Shown one piece after another: positions 39,257 through 50,047 of a stretch of 64,000 nt of DNA (position 1 is the first letter of the stretch; each line of letters opens with the position of its first letter). The translations under genes were made by a program, and so were the position numbers. The notes under the pieces are model-generated. The model had not been told where the DNA came from, did no database searches, and saw only the letters and a list, made by a program, of their open reading frames with translations. Source of the stretch: an uncultured Clostridiaceae bacterium (GTDB taxonomy: Bacteria; Bacillota; Clostridia; TANB77; CAG-465); contig CAMVON010000005.1 of NCBI GenBank assembly GCA_947169155.1, positions 70,949 to 134,948 of the forward strand, given 5' to 3'.

Positions 39257-40231
39257 ATGCATAATGATTTAATAAGTGTAATAATACCAGTATATAATGC
39301 AGAAAAGTATGTAGAAAAAAGCGTAAAATCAGTTATTGAGCAAACGTACAAAAATTTAGAAATAATTATAGTTGATGATGGCTCTTTGGATAAATCAAGA
39401 GAAATTTGTGAAAAATTAGCTATAGAAGATAAAAGAATAAAACTGATACATAAAGAAAATGGTGGAGCATCTGATGCTAGAAACTATGGCCTTTCAAATA
39501 GTAGCGGAAAATATATTTGTTTTGTTGATAGCGATGATTATGCCAGTGCAGATTTCGTAGAGAAGCTATATGATGCTTTGAATAAAGAAGATGCAGATAT
39601 TTCTGCTTGTAATTATTATACTGTAGAAGTTGATGGAACTTTAAATAGTAGAGAAAAAGTTAAAACTAAAAAAAATTATTCTAATATAGAAGCTTTACAA
39701 GACATGTTTTCTTGTGAGAGAGAACTTGACGTTGTACTATGGAACAAATTATTTAAAAAAGAGTTATTTACTCAAAATAATGTGGTTTTTCCTGTAGGTG
39801 AAATGTATGAAGATGCTTTTACAATATATAAATTATTCTATTATTCAAAAAAGATAACCTTAATTCCAGACAAGTTATACTATTATCTACAAACAGAAAA
39901 TAGTGTAATGAGAAGAAAATTTAACGAAAAAAAGTTAGGATTGTTAAGGTGTTTGAAAGAGACAAAAGAATTTTTAGATAATAATGATTGTGAAGAACTA
40001 ATTCCTTATTATAATGTATATAGCTTTTCTTTGAAGCGTAGTTTAATTAATAATATGATACTAGATGATTATGATATTAATGAAATTATGAAATTACGTA
40101 AAGAATTAAAGTCTGAATTAAGAAAAGTATTGCTTTCTAAATATATTGATACTAAAATGAAAATAAAGATAAGTATATTATCTATTAATTATAAATTATT
40201 CTTAAAATTGTTTTATAGAAATAAACGATGA
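39257..40231 (+). CDS. Glycosyltransferase family 2
   Basis: VIIPVYNAEKYV, DDGS and DSDD motifs. Confidence 0.8.
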   Translation: MHNDLISVIIPVYNAEKYVEKSVKSVIEQTYKNLEIIIVDDGSLDKSREICEKLAIEDKRIKLIHKENGGASDARNYGLSNSSGKYICFVDSDDYASADFVEKLYDALNKEDADISACNYYTVEVDGTLNSREKVKTKKNYSNIEALQDMFSCERELDVVLWNKLFKKELFTQNNVVFPVGEMYEDAFTIYKLFYYSKKITLIPDKLYYYLQTENSVMRRKFNEKKLGLLRCLKETKEFLDNNDCEELIPYYNVYSFSLKRSLINNMILDDYDINEIMKLRKELKSELRKVLLSKYIDTKMKIKISILSINYKLFLKLFYRNKR

Positions 40232-40242
40232 TTAAATTAATT

Positions 40243-40281
40243 AAGGAAATGTTAGTGTGCTTGCTAATATTTCCTTTTTAT
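40243..40281 (+). terminator. Rho-independent terminator internal to the locus
   Basis: AAGGAAATGTTAG...CTAATATTTCCTT plus T5. Confidence 0.55.
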
Positions 40282-40347
40282 TTGCTTAATATTTTCACTT
40301 GTGTTAAAATGTTTTTGAATTTTAAAAGTAAAGAGGCGATATAGTTA

Positions 40348-41466
40348 ATGAAACATTTAATTGGTTATATTTGGTATAAATATATAGGTTTTATATTTAG
40401 ATTATTACCAATAAAAAAGAATAGAGTAGTAATGTCAAATCTTTTAGGAAAAGGGTATGGAGATAATCCTAAATATATTGCAGATGAATTATTATCTAGA
40501 AAAGATAGCAATGTTGAAATAATATGGCTTGTTAAAGATAGATATTATGATGATATTCCTAATAAAATAAAACAAGTAAAAAGATTTACTTTAAAAGAAT
40601 TATATTATCTTTCTACAGCTAAAGTTTGGGTAGATAATTCAAGAAAACATATAGGGGTAACAAAAAGAAAAAAACAATATTATATTCAAACATGGCATGG
40701 AGATTTATTTCTTAAAATGTTAGAAAAAGATGTTGAAGAGTCTTTACCAAAAATGTATATAAAGTCTGCAATTGCTGATTCTAAAATGATAGATTTAGTT
40801 ACTTCTGGCTCATATTTTTTTACAAATGTTGTAAGAAGAGCTTTTTGGTATAATGGTAAAATACTTGAGTGTGGTTCTCCTAAGACAGATCCATACTTTA
40901 ATATAAATAAAAATGACAATATAGATTATAAGACTGTAGTATATGCTCCAACTTTTAGAGATAATGGAGATAATTCATGTTGTTCAATTGACTATGGAAA
41001 ATTATTACAAATATTAGAAAATAAATATGGCTGTAAATGGAAAGCTATAGTTAGATTTCATCCAAATGTCAGTTATTTACAGGATAGTATTAAGTATACA
41101 GATGATATTTTAAATGGTTCAAAATTTAGTGATATTGGAGATATGATAAAATCTTGTGATATGCTAATTACAGATTATTCGAGTACAGCTTTTGATGCAA
41201 TGTATGCTAAAAAGATAGTGCTTTTATATGTGCCAGATGAAGATGAATATTTTAAAGTTAGAAAATCACAATTTAAAAGAGAGGAAATTCCATTTCCTAG
41301 AGCTAAAACTAATGAGGAATTATTTAATAATATAAAAAACTTGAATGAAAAAGAATTTTATGATAAAGTAAAGGTATTCTTAAAAGAGAAAATTAAAAGC
41401 TATGAAAGAGGAACAGCGTCAAAGAGTATAGCAAATGTAATTATTAAAAAAATAGAAGAGGACTAA
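40348..41466 (+). CDS. CDP-glycerol glycerophosphotransferase family protein (TagB/TagF-like)
   Basis: About 370 aa soluble GT-B-like protein located immediately upstream of tagD; the family call rests partly on this context. Confidence 0.55.
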   Translation: MKHLIGYIWYKYIGFIFRLLPIKKNRVVMSNLLGKGYGDNPKYIADELLSRKDSNVEIIWLVKDRYYDDIPNKIKQVKRFTLKELYYLSTAKVWVDNSRKHIGVTKRKKQYYIQTWHGDLFLKMLEKDVEESLPKMYIKSAIADSKMIDLVTSGSYFFTNVVRRAFWYNGKILECGSPKTDPYFNINKNDNIDYKTVVYAPTFRDNGDNSCCSIDYGKLLQILENKYGCKWKAIVRFHPNVSYLQDSIKYTDDILNGSKFSDIGDMIKSCDMLITDYSSTAFDAMYAKKIVLLYVPDEDEYFKVRKSQFKREEIPFPRAKTNEELFNNIKNLNEKEFYDKVKVFLKEKIKSYERGTASKSIANVIIKKIEED

Positions 41467-41486
41467 TAGCTATAGGAGGCAGATAT

Positions 41487-41963
41487 ATGAAAAGAGTATT
41501 AACATATGGAACATTTGACTTATTACATTATGGCCATATTAACCTATTAAAAAGAGCAAAAGCACTAGGAGATTATTTAATAGTTGCAGTTTCAACAGAT
41601 GATTTTAACAAGTTAAAGGGGAAAACTGCATATCATGATTATGAGACAAGAAAAATGATGTTAGAAGCAGTTAGATATGTAGACTTGGTTATACCTGAGG
41701 ATAACTGGGAACAAAAAATTGAAGATGTAAAAAAATATGATGTTGATACTGTTGTAATGGGAAGTGATTGGGCTGGAAGTGATAAGTTTGACTACCTAAA
41801 AGACTATTGTGATGTTGTATATTTACCTCGTACTGAGGGAGTATCTACAACTAAAATTAAGCATGATTTAGAACTTCAAGAACCAATTTTAGGAGTAAAT
41901 CAAATACCAGAACCTAAAAGTATGAAATCTTTAAAAATAAATAATAATAATCAACAGAAATAA
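41487..41963 (+). CDS. tagD: Glycerol-3-phosphate cytidylyltransferase
   Basis: MKRVLTYGTFDLLHYGHINLLKRAKALGDYLIVAVSTDDFN with the HxGH motif, plus RTEGVSTTKIK; strong resemblance to TagD/TarD. Confidence 0.9.
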   Translation: MKRVLTYGTFDLLHYGHINLLKRAKALGDYLIVAVSTDDFNKLKGKTAYHDYETRKMMLEAVRYVDLVIPEDNWEQKIEDVKKYDVDTVVMGSDWAGSDKFDYLKDYCDVVYLPRTEGVSTTKIKHDLELQEPILGVNQIPEPKSMKSLKINNNNQQK

Positions 41964-41971
41964 TATATACT

Positions 41972-42002
41972 AAACAGCACCTTTTTGGTGTTGTTTTTTT
42001 GT
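41972..42002 (+). terminator. Rho-independent terminator after tagD
   Basis: AACAGCACC-TTTTT-GGTGTTGTT plus T7. Confidence 0.65.
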
Positions 42003-42153
42003 ATAAAAAGTAGCTAAAAAATTGCATATTTATCGTATTTATGATATAGTTTCAATGAATAGACCTGTTAAAAAATCAAGTCATTTTGTGTACTAAATAT
42101 AGAAATAAATGATGTAAAAAATCTAATTAAAAAAATAGAGAAAGAGGCTGAAT

Positions 42154-43284
42154 ATGAACGAAGAACCAATTAAAGTAGCACAAATAGTTGGAAAATGGGT
42201 TGGTGGCGGAGTAGAATCTGTAATTATGAATTATTACAGACATATAGATAGGGCCAAAGTACAGTTTGATTTTATTTGTGATTTAGATTCAACAGATATA
42301 CCATATAAAGAAATTGAAAATTTGGGTGGTAGAGTAATATTAGTACCTCCTTATCAAAAGATTTTTCAATACATAAAAGAATTAAAAAAAGTATTAAAAG
42401 AGAATAATTATAAGATTGTTCATTCACATATTAATGCTTTGTCTGTATTTCCTTTATTTGCTGCAAAACTTGCCGGAGTGCCAGTAAGAATTGCACATAG
42501 TCATTCTACATCAAATAAAAAAGAGTGGAAGAAAAATTTAATTAAAAATATATTAAGACCATTTTCTAAGGTTTTTGCAACAGATTATATGTGCTGTTCA
42601 GAACATGCGGGTAGATGGTTATTTGGAAATAAAGAATATGATAAAGGTAGTGTATATATACTTAATAATGCAATAGATTTAAATATTTTTAAATATAACA
42701 AAAAGATAAGAAAAGCTAAAAGAAATGAAATTGGTATTTCAAACAATACTAAAGTAATAGGTCATGTTGGAAGATTTGTTGAACAAAAAAATCATACATT
42801 TATAATAGATGTATTTAATGAGGTTCATAAAGAAGACAATAACACTATTTTATTGTTAGCAGGGCAAGGCCCTTTAGAACCAAAAATTAAAGAAAAAGTA
42901 ATAGAATTAGGACTAGAAGAAAGCGTTAAATTTTTAGGTCAAAGAAATGATATTGAAGACTTATATCAAGCTTTTGATATATTTCTATTTCCTAGTATTT
43001 ATGAAGGATTAGGACTGGTGCTAATTGAAGCACAAAGTAGTGGCTTAAATTGTGTTGCTTCAACAGAAGTACCTTCTAAAGCTAAGGTAACAAATTTATT
43101 AACTTTTTTAGATTTAGATGGAAACTTTAATGAGTGGACTAACACTATAATTAAGTTGATGAAAAGAAAAAATAGTAGAAAAATAAAAAGAAAAAAGTTT
43201 GCCAATAAAGGTTTTGATATAAATACAGAAGCAAGTAAATTGCTTAATAAATATATTGTTTTGCAAAATCAAGCTGCAAAATAA
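42154..43284 (+). CDS. Glycosyltransferase family 4
   Basis: GT-B protein with the C-terminal EGLGLVLIEAQSSG motif. Confidence 0.75.
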   Translation: MNEEPIKVAQIVGKWVGGGVESVIMNYYRHIDRAKVQFDFICDLDSTDIPYKEIENLGGRVILVPPYQKIFQYIKELKKVLKENNYKIVHSHINALSVFPLFAAKLAGVPVRIAHSHSTSNKKEWKKNLIKNILRPFSKVFATDYMCCSEHAGRWLFGNKEYDKGSVYILNNAIDLNIFKYNKKIRKAKRNEIGISNNTKVIGHVGRFVEQKNHTFIIDVFNEVHKEDNNTILLLAGQGPLEPKIKEKVIELGLEESVKFLGQRNDIEDLYQAFDIFLFPSIYEGLGLVLIEAQSSGLNCVASTEVPSKAKVTNLLTFLDLDGNFNEWTNTIIKLMKRKNSRKIKRKKFANKGFDINTEASKLLNKYIVLQNQAAK

Positions 43285-43310
43285 TAAATATTATATGAGG
43301 AGAAAGATAT

Positions 43311-44657
43311 ATGATTATCTTAAAAAAGAATAAAAAGGAGAAAGAAGAAAATAAGAATACATTATTATACTATTTATTATTAATTACAATATTTTTTAAT
43401 ATATGGTTCCCTAAGGCAGGTATAAAGCTTGCAGGAATTCCTATGACAGTTGGTAATGTATTTTTTATTATATTACTTGTTTTGTGGTTTGGAACAGTAG
43501 TTTTAAGAAGAAAAAGTATAAAATTCCCTGAACCAGCCTTGCTACTTATGTATAGCATTATTTATTTTATATTTAAATATACATATATTGCTTTAATAAA
43601 TAATAATTTTACATCAAGTGTTACATATATCATACCATTAATTATATATCCTTTTGCATTATTTATAGCATATGAAGTTTTAGACAATGAGAGTAAAAAA
43701 GAAAAAGTAATAAATATTATTAGATATGGTTTTTATTTCTTATGTTTTTATGCATTATTACAATTTGTAGTTGGAATTGGTGGTTGTGATATACCAGGTC
43801 TTACTGTAAATCTATCAGATTATAGAGAGATGGGAACGCAATGGTATATGCAAAAGTCTAATGGCACAGACGAATCAAATTCAAAAATAGTAAGCACGTA
43901 TCAAAATGGTAACTTATTTGGTATAAATTTAATTTTTATATATTCCTTAATTTATTATTATTTAAAACATAAAAAGAAGGAAAAAGAGCTTATTTTTTCA
44001 TTAATATTGTTCATAATGTGTACATTCTTAACATTATCTAGAACTTGCTGGTTAGGAATAGTATTATTTATATTTATAGAAATTATTATGAAAAGAGAAA
44101 AAAATAAAAGATCTTTGGTTAGAAAAGGAATTATTTTGTTCTTCTGTGTAATTTCTTTATTTTTGGTATTTAATTTTATGCCATCAGTAACTAATAGATT
44201 CTTAGGCACAGATAAAGATGATTGGATAAGTATGAGTGGAAGAACAGAAGGATTTATAAATGTTATTAATTCTATTTTGGAAAATGGCAATGTGTTTTTG
44301 TTAATATTGTCAATATTAATTGGTCCAAAAGGTGTAATATCATATTGGGGAGTAGCATTTGAAATGTTTCCAACTTCACTATTTGCTCAAACTGGAATAA
44401 TTGGTATGATATTAATTTATGCTTTTTATATTAATGCAGTTTTAAAATTAGATAAAAATAATTACATAAGTGGTGGAATTAGGTCATCTTTAATCATTTG
44501 GTTAATTATTGGAATAATTGAATGTGGATACTGGTTACCGCCTACGGCTCTAAATATATTTATACTTGTAGGACTAGCTTTTGGTAAAAAAGATGAAAAA
44601 GTTAAAGTAGGAGAAAAAAATGAAGAAATACATACAATCAAGGATTCAACATTATAA
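43311..44657 (+). CDS. wzy: O-antigen polymerase/ligase-like membrane protein (Wzy)
   Basis: About 11 TM helices with a large periplasmic loop; located within a polysaccharide locus. Confidence 0.6.
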   Translation: MIILKKNKKEKEENKNTLLYYLLLITIFFNIWFPKAGIKLAGIPMTVGNVFFIILLVLWFGTVVLRRKSIKFPEPALLLMYSIIYFIFKYTYIALINNNFTSSVTYIIPLIIYPFALFIAYEVLDNESKKEKVINIIRYGFYFLCFYALLQFVVGIGGCDIPGLTVNLSDYREMGTQWYMQKSNGTDESNSKIVSTYQNGNLFGINLIFIYSLIYYYLKHKKKEKELIFSLILFIMCTFLTLSRTCWLGIVLFIFIEIIMKREKNKRSLVRKGIILFFCVISLFLVFNFMPSVTNRFLGTDKDDWISMSGRTEGFINVINSILENGNVFLLILSILIGPKGVISYWGVAFEMFPTSLFAQTGIIGMILIYAFYINAVLKLDKNNYISGGIRSSLIIWLIIGIIECGYWLPPTALNIFILVGLAFGKKDEKVKVGEKNEEIHTIKDSTL

Positions 44658-45093
44658 CCATGATAAGTATTGGAATATGCGTGAAAAATTTGTTAATCCT
44701 AAGACAAATAAATTGTTAAAGTATATTTATTTATATAAGATAAAAAAGATGGATGCTTTCAATAATGCAAGTATGGGAACTAATTTTGGTGTTAGTGCTT
44801 CTTTTGATAGCAGACCGATTTTGCCTCATGGTTTAAATGGTATAATAGTTACTCAATATGCAAAAATAGGGAAAAGATGTAAGATATATCATCAAGTAAC
44901 AATTGGTTCTAAAGAAGATAAGTATGCACCAATAATAGGAGACAATGTTACTATTTATCCACATACAATAATAATTGGCAAAGTTAAGATTGGTAATAAT
45001 GCAGTTATTGGAGCTGGAGCTGTAGTGACAAAAGATGTACCAGAAAATGCAGTTGTTGCAGGAAATCCAGCTAAAGTAATTAAAATGAGGTAG
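44620..45093 (+). CDS. Hexapeptide-repeat O-acetyltransferase (serine-acetyltransferase/WcaB-like)
   Basis: Left-handed beta-helix repeats [15 protein letters not shown]...[38 protein letters not shown] before the ATG at 44620; 38-nt overlap with wzy. Confidence 0.75.
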   Translation: MKKYIQSRIQHYNHDKYWNMREKFVNPKTNKLLKYIYLYKIKKMDAFNNASMGTNFGVSASFDSRPILPHGLNGIIVTQYAKIGKRCKIYHQVTIGSKEDKYAPIIGDNVTIYPHTIIIGKVKIGNNAVIGAGAVVTKDVPENAVVAGNPAKVIKMR

Positions 45094-45100
45094 TAAATAT

Positions 45101-46315
45101 ATGAATATTGCAGTAGTGACATCAGGATTTTTACCTGTGCCTGCAACTAAGGGTGGTGCAGTAGAAAATCTAGTTGTAAATTTATTAAATGAAAATGAGA
45201 AAAAACATAATTTAGATTTTACTATATTTAGTATTTATAGCAAAGAAGCTGTAGAAGAAGCTAAACAATATAAATATACAAATTTTGAATATATTAAAGT
45301 TAATTGGCTAGCAAGACTATTAGACAAGCATTTGTTTTTTCTTGCAAAGAAAATATTAAAAAAAGAAAATAGCCATAGTTATAGATATATTTTTCAAAGA
45401 CTAGATTTTTTAAGTAAAGTAAGTAGAAAACTGAAAAAGAATGATTATGATAAAGTATTACTTGAAAATCATCCAACACAATATCTGTGTTTAAAGTGGA
45501 GAAAAAACTACTTAAAATATAAAGATAGATATTATTATCATTGCCATAACGAACTTCCTGGAACTTATGGTTGTAATGATATAATTAAGGGCACAAATAA
45601 AGTATTATGCGTTAGTAATTACATAGCTAATAATTTTAAAAAAGTTACTGGAATTGAAGAAAGTAAGCTTAAAGTTTTAAAAAATGGAATAGACTATGAT
45701 AGATTTTCAAAAGTTGTAGATGAACATACTAAAAAAAATCTTAAAGCTAAATATGGTATAAAAGACTATGAGAAAGTATTGCTTTTTACTGGTAGAATTA
45801 CTCAAGGAAAAGGTGTAAAAGAACTAATTGAGTCTTTGAAAAATCTAAAATATAAAAATTATAAATTGTTAATTATAGGTTCTGTTTTAAATAGTATTAA
45901 ACTTAAAACTACTTATCAAGAAGAAATTGAAAGTCTAGTAGAGGAAATGAAAGATAAAGTAGTGTTTACTGGCTTTATTAATTATGATGAAATTTCTTCT
46001 TATTATGGAATCGCAGATATTGCTGTTCTTCCATCTATTTGTGAAGATGCGGCTCCTCTTACTGCAATAGAGGCACTAGTTAGTGGTCTACCTATTATTA
46101 CAACTAGATCTGGCGGAATCCCAGAGTATGCTAAAGATGGTTCTGCAATAATTTTAGAAAAAGATGGGAATTTAGTAGAAAACTTAACTATCACAATAGA
46201 TGAACTGTTAAATGATGAAAATAAACTACATGAAATGTCGGAAAAAGCAAAAGTAGTTTCAAAGGATTTAACAGTTGAAAAATTTTATAGTGATTTTTGT
46301 AATTTAATAAAATAG
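45101..46315 (+). CDS. Glycosyltransferase family 4
   Basis: GT-B layout with the C-terminal motif LPSICEDAAPLTAIEALVSGLPII. Confidence 0.75.
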   Translation: MNIAVVTSGFLPVPATKGGAVENLVVNLLNENEKKHNLDFTIFSIYSKEAVEEAKQYKYTNFEYIKVNWLARLLDKHLFFLAKKILKKENSHSYRYIFQRLDFLSKVSRKLKKNDYDKVLLENHPTQYLCLKWRKNYLKYKDRYYYHCHNELPGTYGCNDIIKGTNKVLCVSNYIANNFKKVTGIEESKLKVLKNGIDYDRFSKVVDEHTKKNLKAKYGIKDYEKVLLFTGRITQGKGVKELIESLKNLKYKNYKLLIIGSVLNSIKLKTTYQEEIESLVEEMKDKVVFTGFINYDEISSYYGIADIAVLPSICEDAAPLTAIEALVSGLPIITTRSGGIPEYAKDGSAIILEKDGNLVENLTITIDELLNDENKLHEMSEKAKVVSKDLTVEKFYSDFCNLIK

Positions 46316-46331
46316 ATGAAGGAGTTAATAT

Positions 46332-47312
46332 ATGGAGGACAAGATATCAGTTGTAATACCTGTATATAAAGTTGAAAAATATTTAGATGAATGTCTTGAA
46401 AGTGTAGTAAATCAAACATATAAAAACCTAGAAATAATACTTGTAGATGATGGCTCTCCAGATAATTGTCCTAAAATTTGTGATGAGTGGGCAAAAAAAG
46501 ACAACAGGATAAAAGTTATACATAAGAAAAATGGTGGAATTTCCGATGCAAGAAATGCTGGTATTAAAGAGGCAACAGGAAATTATATTTCTTTTGTAGA
46601 TAGTGATGACTATATAGAAAAAAATCTATATGAAATAGCAATTAAAAAAATAAAACAAAATGAAGCGCAAATATTTATTTTTGGAAGAAGCTATCTATAT
46701 GGAAATAAGAAGGAGTCAAAAAACTCTAATGAAGTTGAACTAATAATGGATACACAAGATGCTTTAGATAAAATGAATATGTTTCAATATTATGATGTTG
46801 CAACATGGGACAAAATATATGAAAGAAAACTTTTTGATAGTATTGAATATCCAAAAGGAAAACTATGTGAAGACTGGTATATCACATATAAAGTAATTGA
46901 TAGAGCAAAAAAAGTCGTATTTAATTCTACACCATTATATGTGTATAGACAAAGACAAAATAGCATAACTCATTCAAATTATATAAAAGTTAATAATGAA
47001 CCAATTTATGCAAGTAAAGAAGTGTTAGAATTTATTAGAAATAATTATCCTAATATAGAACAAAATGCTTTAACCAAATATGTTTTTGCATGTATTGGAG
47101 TATACAATAATTACTTATATTACACCAAAAATACAAATAAAGAAAAAGAAGAGATACTAAATATAGTAAAAGAAAACTATAAAAATGTAATTAAAAATAA
47201 AGACCTAACTCGTTCAAGAAAAATGCAATTATTCTTGATTTATAGATTTAATATATTATATAAAGTTATGATTAAAACAATGAGAAAAATAAGAGACAAT
47301 AAATCTAAATAA
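46332..47312 (+). CDS. Glycosyltransferase family 2 (paralog group A)
   Basis: VIPVYKVEKYLD...DDGSPDNCPKICDEWAKKDNRIKVIHKKNGG...DSDD. Confidence 0.8.
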   Translation: MEDKISVVIPVYKVEKYLDECLESVVNQTYKNLEIILVDDGSPDNCPKICDEWAKKDNRIKVIHKKNGGISDARNAGIKEATGNYISFVDSDDYIEKNLYEIAIKKIKQNEAQIFIFGRSYLYGNKKESKNSNEVELIMDTQDALDKMNMFQYYDVATWDKIYERKLFDSIEYPKGKLCEDWYITYKVIDRAKKVVFNSTPLYVYRQRQNSITHSNYIKVNNEPIYASKEVLEFIRNNYPNIEQNALTKYVFACIGVYNNYLYYTKNTNKEKEEILNIVKENYKNVIKNKDLTRSRKMQLFLIYRFNILYKVMIKTMRKIRDNKSK

Positions 47313-47325
47313 AGGAGAAAAATAT

Positions 47326-48069
47326 ATGAAAAAGCTTTTTGAAATAATAGTGATGAAAATAAAGTCATTAATAGTTTATATGAAATATGGATATAAAGCA
47401 AATAATGTTAAATTTACACAATATCTCAAGAATAAAGGAATTACAATTGGAAATAATGTAAATTTTTATAGTCCATGGACAAGCTATGTAGACGTTCAAA
47501 GACCTTGGATGATAGAAATTGGAAATGATGTGCATATTGCTGCTGGCTGTAGAATTTTACAACATGGATATGATTGGGCTGTTTTACAAAAAAAGTATGG
47601 TGATGTACTTGGAAGCTGTGGTAAAGTAAAAATAGGAAACAACGTTTTTATAGGTGCAGAAACTACAATTCTTAAAGGCGTTACTATTGGAGATGATGTA
47701 ATAATTGGAGCTAAGTCATTAGTAAATAAAGATTGTTTAGGATCTGGTGTTTATGCTGGAAATCCAGTTAGATTCATAATGACTTTAGATGAGTATCATG
47801 AAAAGAGAAAATCTAAACAAATTAGTGAAGCAAAAGAACTTGTATTAGAATATTATAAACGTTATAATAAAATTCCAGAAAAAGAACTATTAAGAGAGTA
47901 TTTTTGGTTATTTGAAGACAACTATGATAATTTAAATAATACATTTAAAGATGTAATAAAATTAGAAGGAAATGAAGAATTTTCAAAAAAAGTATTTGAT
48001 GAACATAAAAAAGAATTTGATAGTTATGAAGAATTTATTAAAAGTGTGGTGAATAATATTGAAGATTGA
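47326..48069 (+). CDS. Hexapeptide-repeat acetyltransferase with a C-terminal helical extension
   Basis: IGNNVFIGAETTILKGVTIGDDVIIGAKSLV left-handed beta-helix repeats. Confidence 0.7.
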   Translation: MKKLFEIIVMKIKSLIVYMKYGYKANNVKFTQYLKNKGITIGNNVNFYSPWTSYVDVQRPWMIEIGNDVHIAAGCRILQHGYDWAVLQKKYGDVLGSCGKVKIGNNVFIGAETTILKGVTIGDDVIIGAKSLVNKDCLGSGVYAGNPVRFIMTLDEYHEKRKSKQISEAKELVLEYYKRYNKIPEKELLREYFWLFEDNYDNLNNTFKDVIKLEGNEEFSKKVFDEHKKEFDSYEEFIKSVVNNIED

Positions 48070-49054
48070 TTTTGTAATTGCTTGGGTAGATGGTAGTGAT
48101 AAAGCTTGGCAAGAAAGTAAAGCAAAATATGATACAAAAAACAAAAATGAAAATAATGGTGTGGTTAGATATAGAGATTGGGACGAACTTAAATACTGGT
48201 TTAGAGGAGTAGAAAAATATGCACCATGGGTAAATAAAATATATTTTGTAACTTGTGGGCAAAAACCAGATTGGCTTGATGAAAATAATACTAAACTTGT
48301 TTTAGTAAATCATAAAGATTATATGAAAGAAGATTATTTACCTACGTTTTCAGCTAATCCAATTGAATTAAATTTTCATAGAATAAAAGGGTTAAGTGAA
48401 CATTTTGTATATTTTAATGATGATATGTTTATAATTAATCCAGTTAAAGAAGACGACTTCTTTAAAAAAGGTCTGCCTTGTGATTCGTATTGTGAATCTC
48501 CATTATTTATGTATGGATCAGAAAGTAGTTTTCCATATATGTTAGTAAATGATTCTAAAATGATTGCTAAACATTTTAATAAGAGAGAATATTTAAAAAA
48601 GAATTTCTTTAAATATATAAATTACAAATATGGCTTAAAAGCAAATTTAGTTAATTTATTTATGATGAAATATAATCAATTTTCCGGATTTTCATATCCA
48701 CATATTCCATCATCTTTTTTAAAGTCAACTTATGAAGAAGTATGGGACAAAGAGGAAGAAGTTTTGGATAGTGTAAGTAGAAATAGATTTAGAACGAATA
48801 AAGATATTAATCAATATATTTTTAAGGCATGGCAGTATTGCAAGGGTGAATTTATGCCAAGGAGTTTAAAATTTGGAGATAATATTCCTATTACAAATGA
48901 TAATTCTAAATTAATTGCTGCAATAAAAGGAAATAAGTATAAAGTACTTTGTATTAATGATGGACAAAGTATTAAAGATTTTGAAAGAACTAAAAAAGAA
49001 ATCAACAAGGCTTTTGAGAAAAAATTTCCACAAAAAAGTTCTTTTGAAAAGTAA
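48059..49054 (+). CDS. Stealth family capsule hexose-1-phosphoryltransferase (CR1-CR3 present)
   Basis: CR1 VIAWVDGSD, CR2 RYRDWDELKYWFRGVEKYAPWVNKIYFVTCGQKPDWL and CR3 YFNDDMFII are all present; TTG start at 48059. Confidence 0.8.
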   Translation: MKIDFVIAWVDGSDKAWQESKAKYDTKNKNENNGVVRYRDWDELKYWFRGVEKYAPWVNKIYFVTCGQKPDWLDENNTKLVLVNHKDYMKEDYLPTFSANPIELNFHRIKGLSEHFVYFNDDMFIINPVKEDDFFKKGLPCDSYCESPLFMYGSESSFPYMLVNDSKMIAKHFNKREYLKKNFFKYINYKYGLKANLVNLFMMKYNQFSGFSYPHIPSSFLKSTYEEVWDKEEEVLDSVSRNRFRTNKDINQYIFKAWQYCKGEFMPRSLKFGDNIPITNDNSKLIAAIKGNKYKVLCINDGQSIKDFERTKKEINKAFEKKFPQKSSFEK

Positions 49055-49066
49055 GGGGAAATGTAA

Positions 49067-50038
49067 ATGAGTAAGGTATCAATTATAGTACCTGTTTATA
49101 AAGTAGAAAAATACTTAGATAAATGTGTAGATAGTATAGTAAATCAAACATACAAAGATATAGAGATAATACTAGTAGATGATGGCTCACCAGATAATTG
49201 TCCAAAAATGTGTGATGACTGGGCAAAAAAGAATAATAGAATAAAAGTTATCCATAAAGAAAATGGAGGACTATCTGATGCTAGAAATGAAGGCTTAAAG
49301 ATAGCTACTGGGGATTATGTTGGCTTTGTTGACGGAGATGATGTTGTCTCTAATGTTATGTATGAAAAATTAATAGACTTAATTAGTAATAGTAATTCAC
49401 AAATATCTATGTGCCAATTTGCAAGATTTGTTGAAGGAGATAGTCCTAATTATACAATTAAAGATGATGTTTCTGTATTTGGACAAAATGAAGCACTTAA
49501 AGAAATATTAAAAGAAAAAATAGGAAATCATGTTTGTAATAAGCTTTTTAAGAGAGATTTATTTGATAACATTTCTTTTACTAAAGGAGTAGCTTATGAA
49601 GATATATTTATATTCTATAAGTTAGTGTTAAAAGCAAATAAAATAGCAATTACAGATAGTAAATTATATGGATATATGCAAAGAAGAGATAGTATTACAA
49701 ATGGATGTAGTGTTAAAAATGTAAAAGATTATATGAATGCTATTAACACAAGATATAATGATTTAGCAGATAATAAAGAATTAAAAATGTATTTGGAACT
49801 ATCTAAAATTATAGGAATATATATATATCACATAAAAGCAGTTTCAACTAAAGATAAGGAATTTTTCTTTTCAGATGAAGCTTTAAATGAATATAAAGTC
49901 TTAAAAGATTTAATTAAGTTTAAATATTTGAAATCGTATTTAGAAGAAGGAAATATAAAAACAAAAGTATATAAGATTATTTTATTACTTAATAGAAATT
50001 TGTTTTGGAAACTTATGACTAGAAAAAATAAAATGTAG
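49067..50038 (+). CDS. Glycosyltransferase family 2 (paralog group A)
   Basis: IVPVYKVEKYLD...DDGSPDNCPKMCDDWAKKNNRIKVIHKENGG. Confidence 0.8.
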   Translation: MSKVSIIVPVYKVEKYLDKCVDSIVNQTYKDIEIILVDDGSPDNCPKMCDDWAKKNNRIKVIHKENGGLSDARNEGLKIATGDYVGFVDGDDVVSNVMYEKLIDLISNSNSQISMCQFARFVEGDSPNYTIKDDVSVFGQNEALKEILKEKIGNHVCNKLFKRDLFDNISFTKGVAYEDIFIFYKLVLKANKIAITDSKLYGYMQRRDSITNGCSVKNVKDYMNAINTRYNDLADNKELKMYLELSKIIGIYIYHIKAVSTKDKEFFFSDEALNEYKVLKDLIKFKYLKSYLEEGNIKTKVYKIILLLNRNLFWKLMTRKNKM

Positions 50039-50047
50039 GAGAATGAT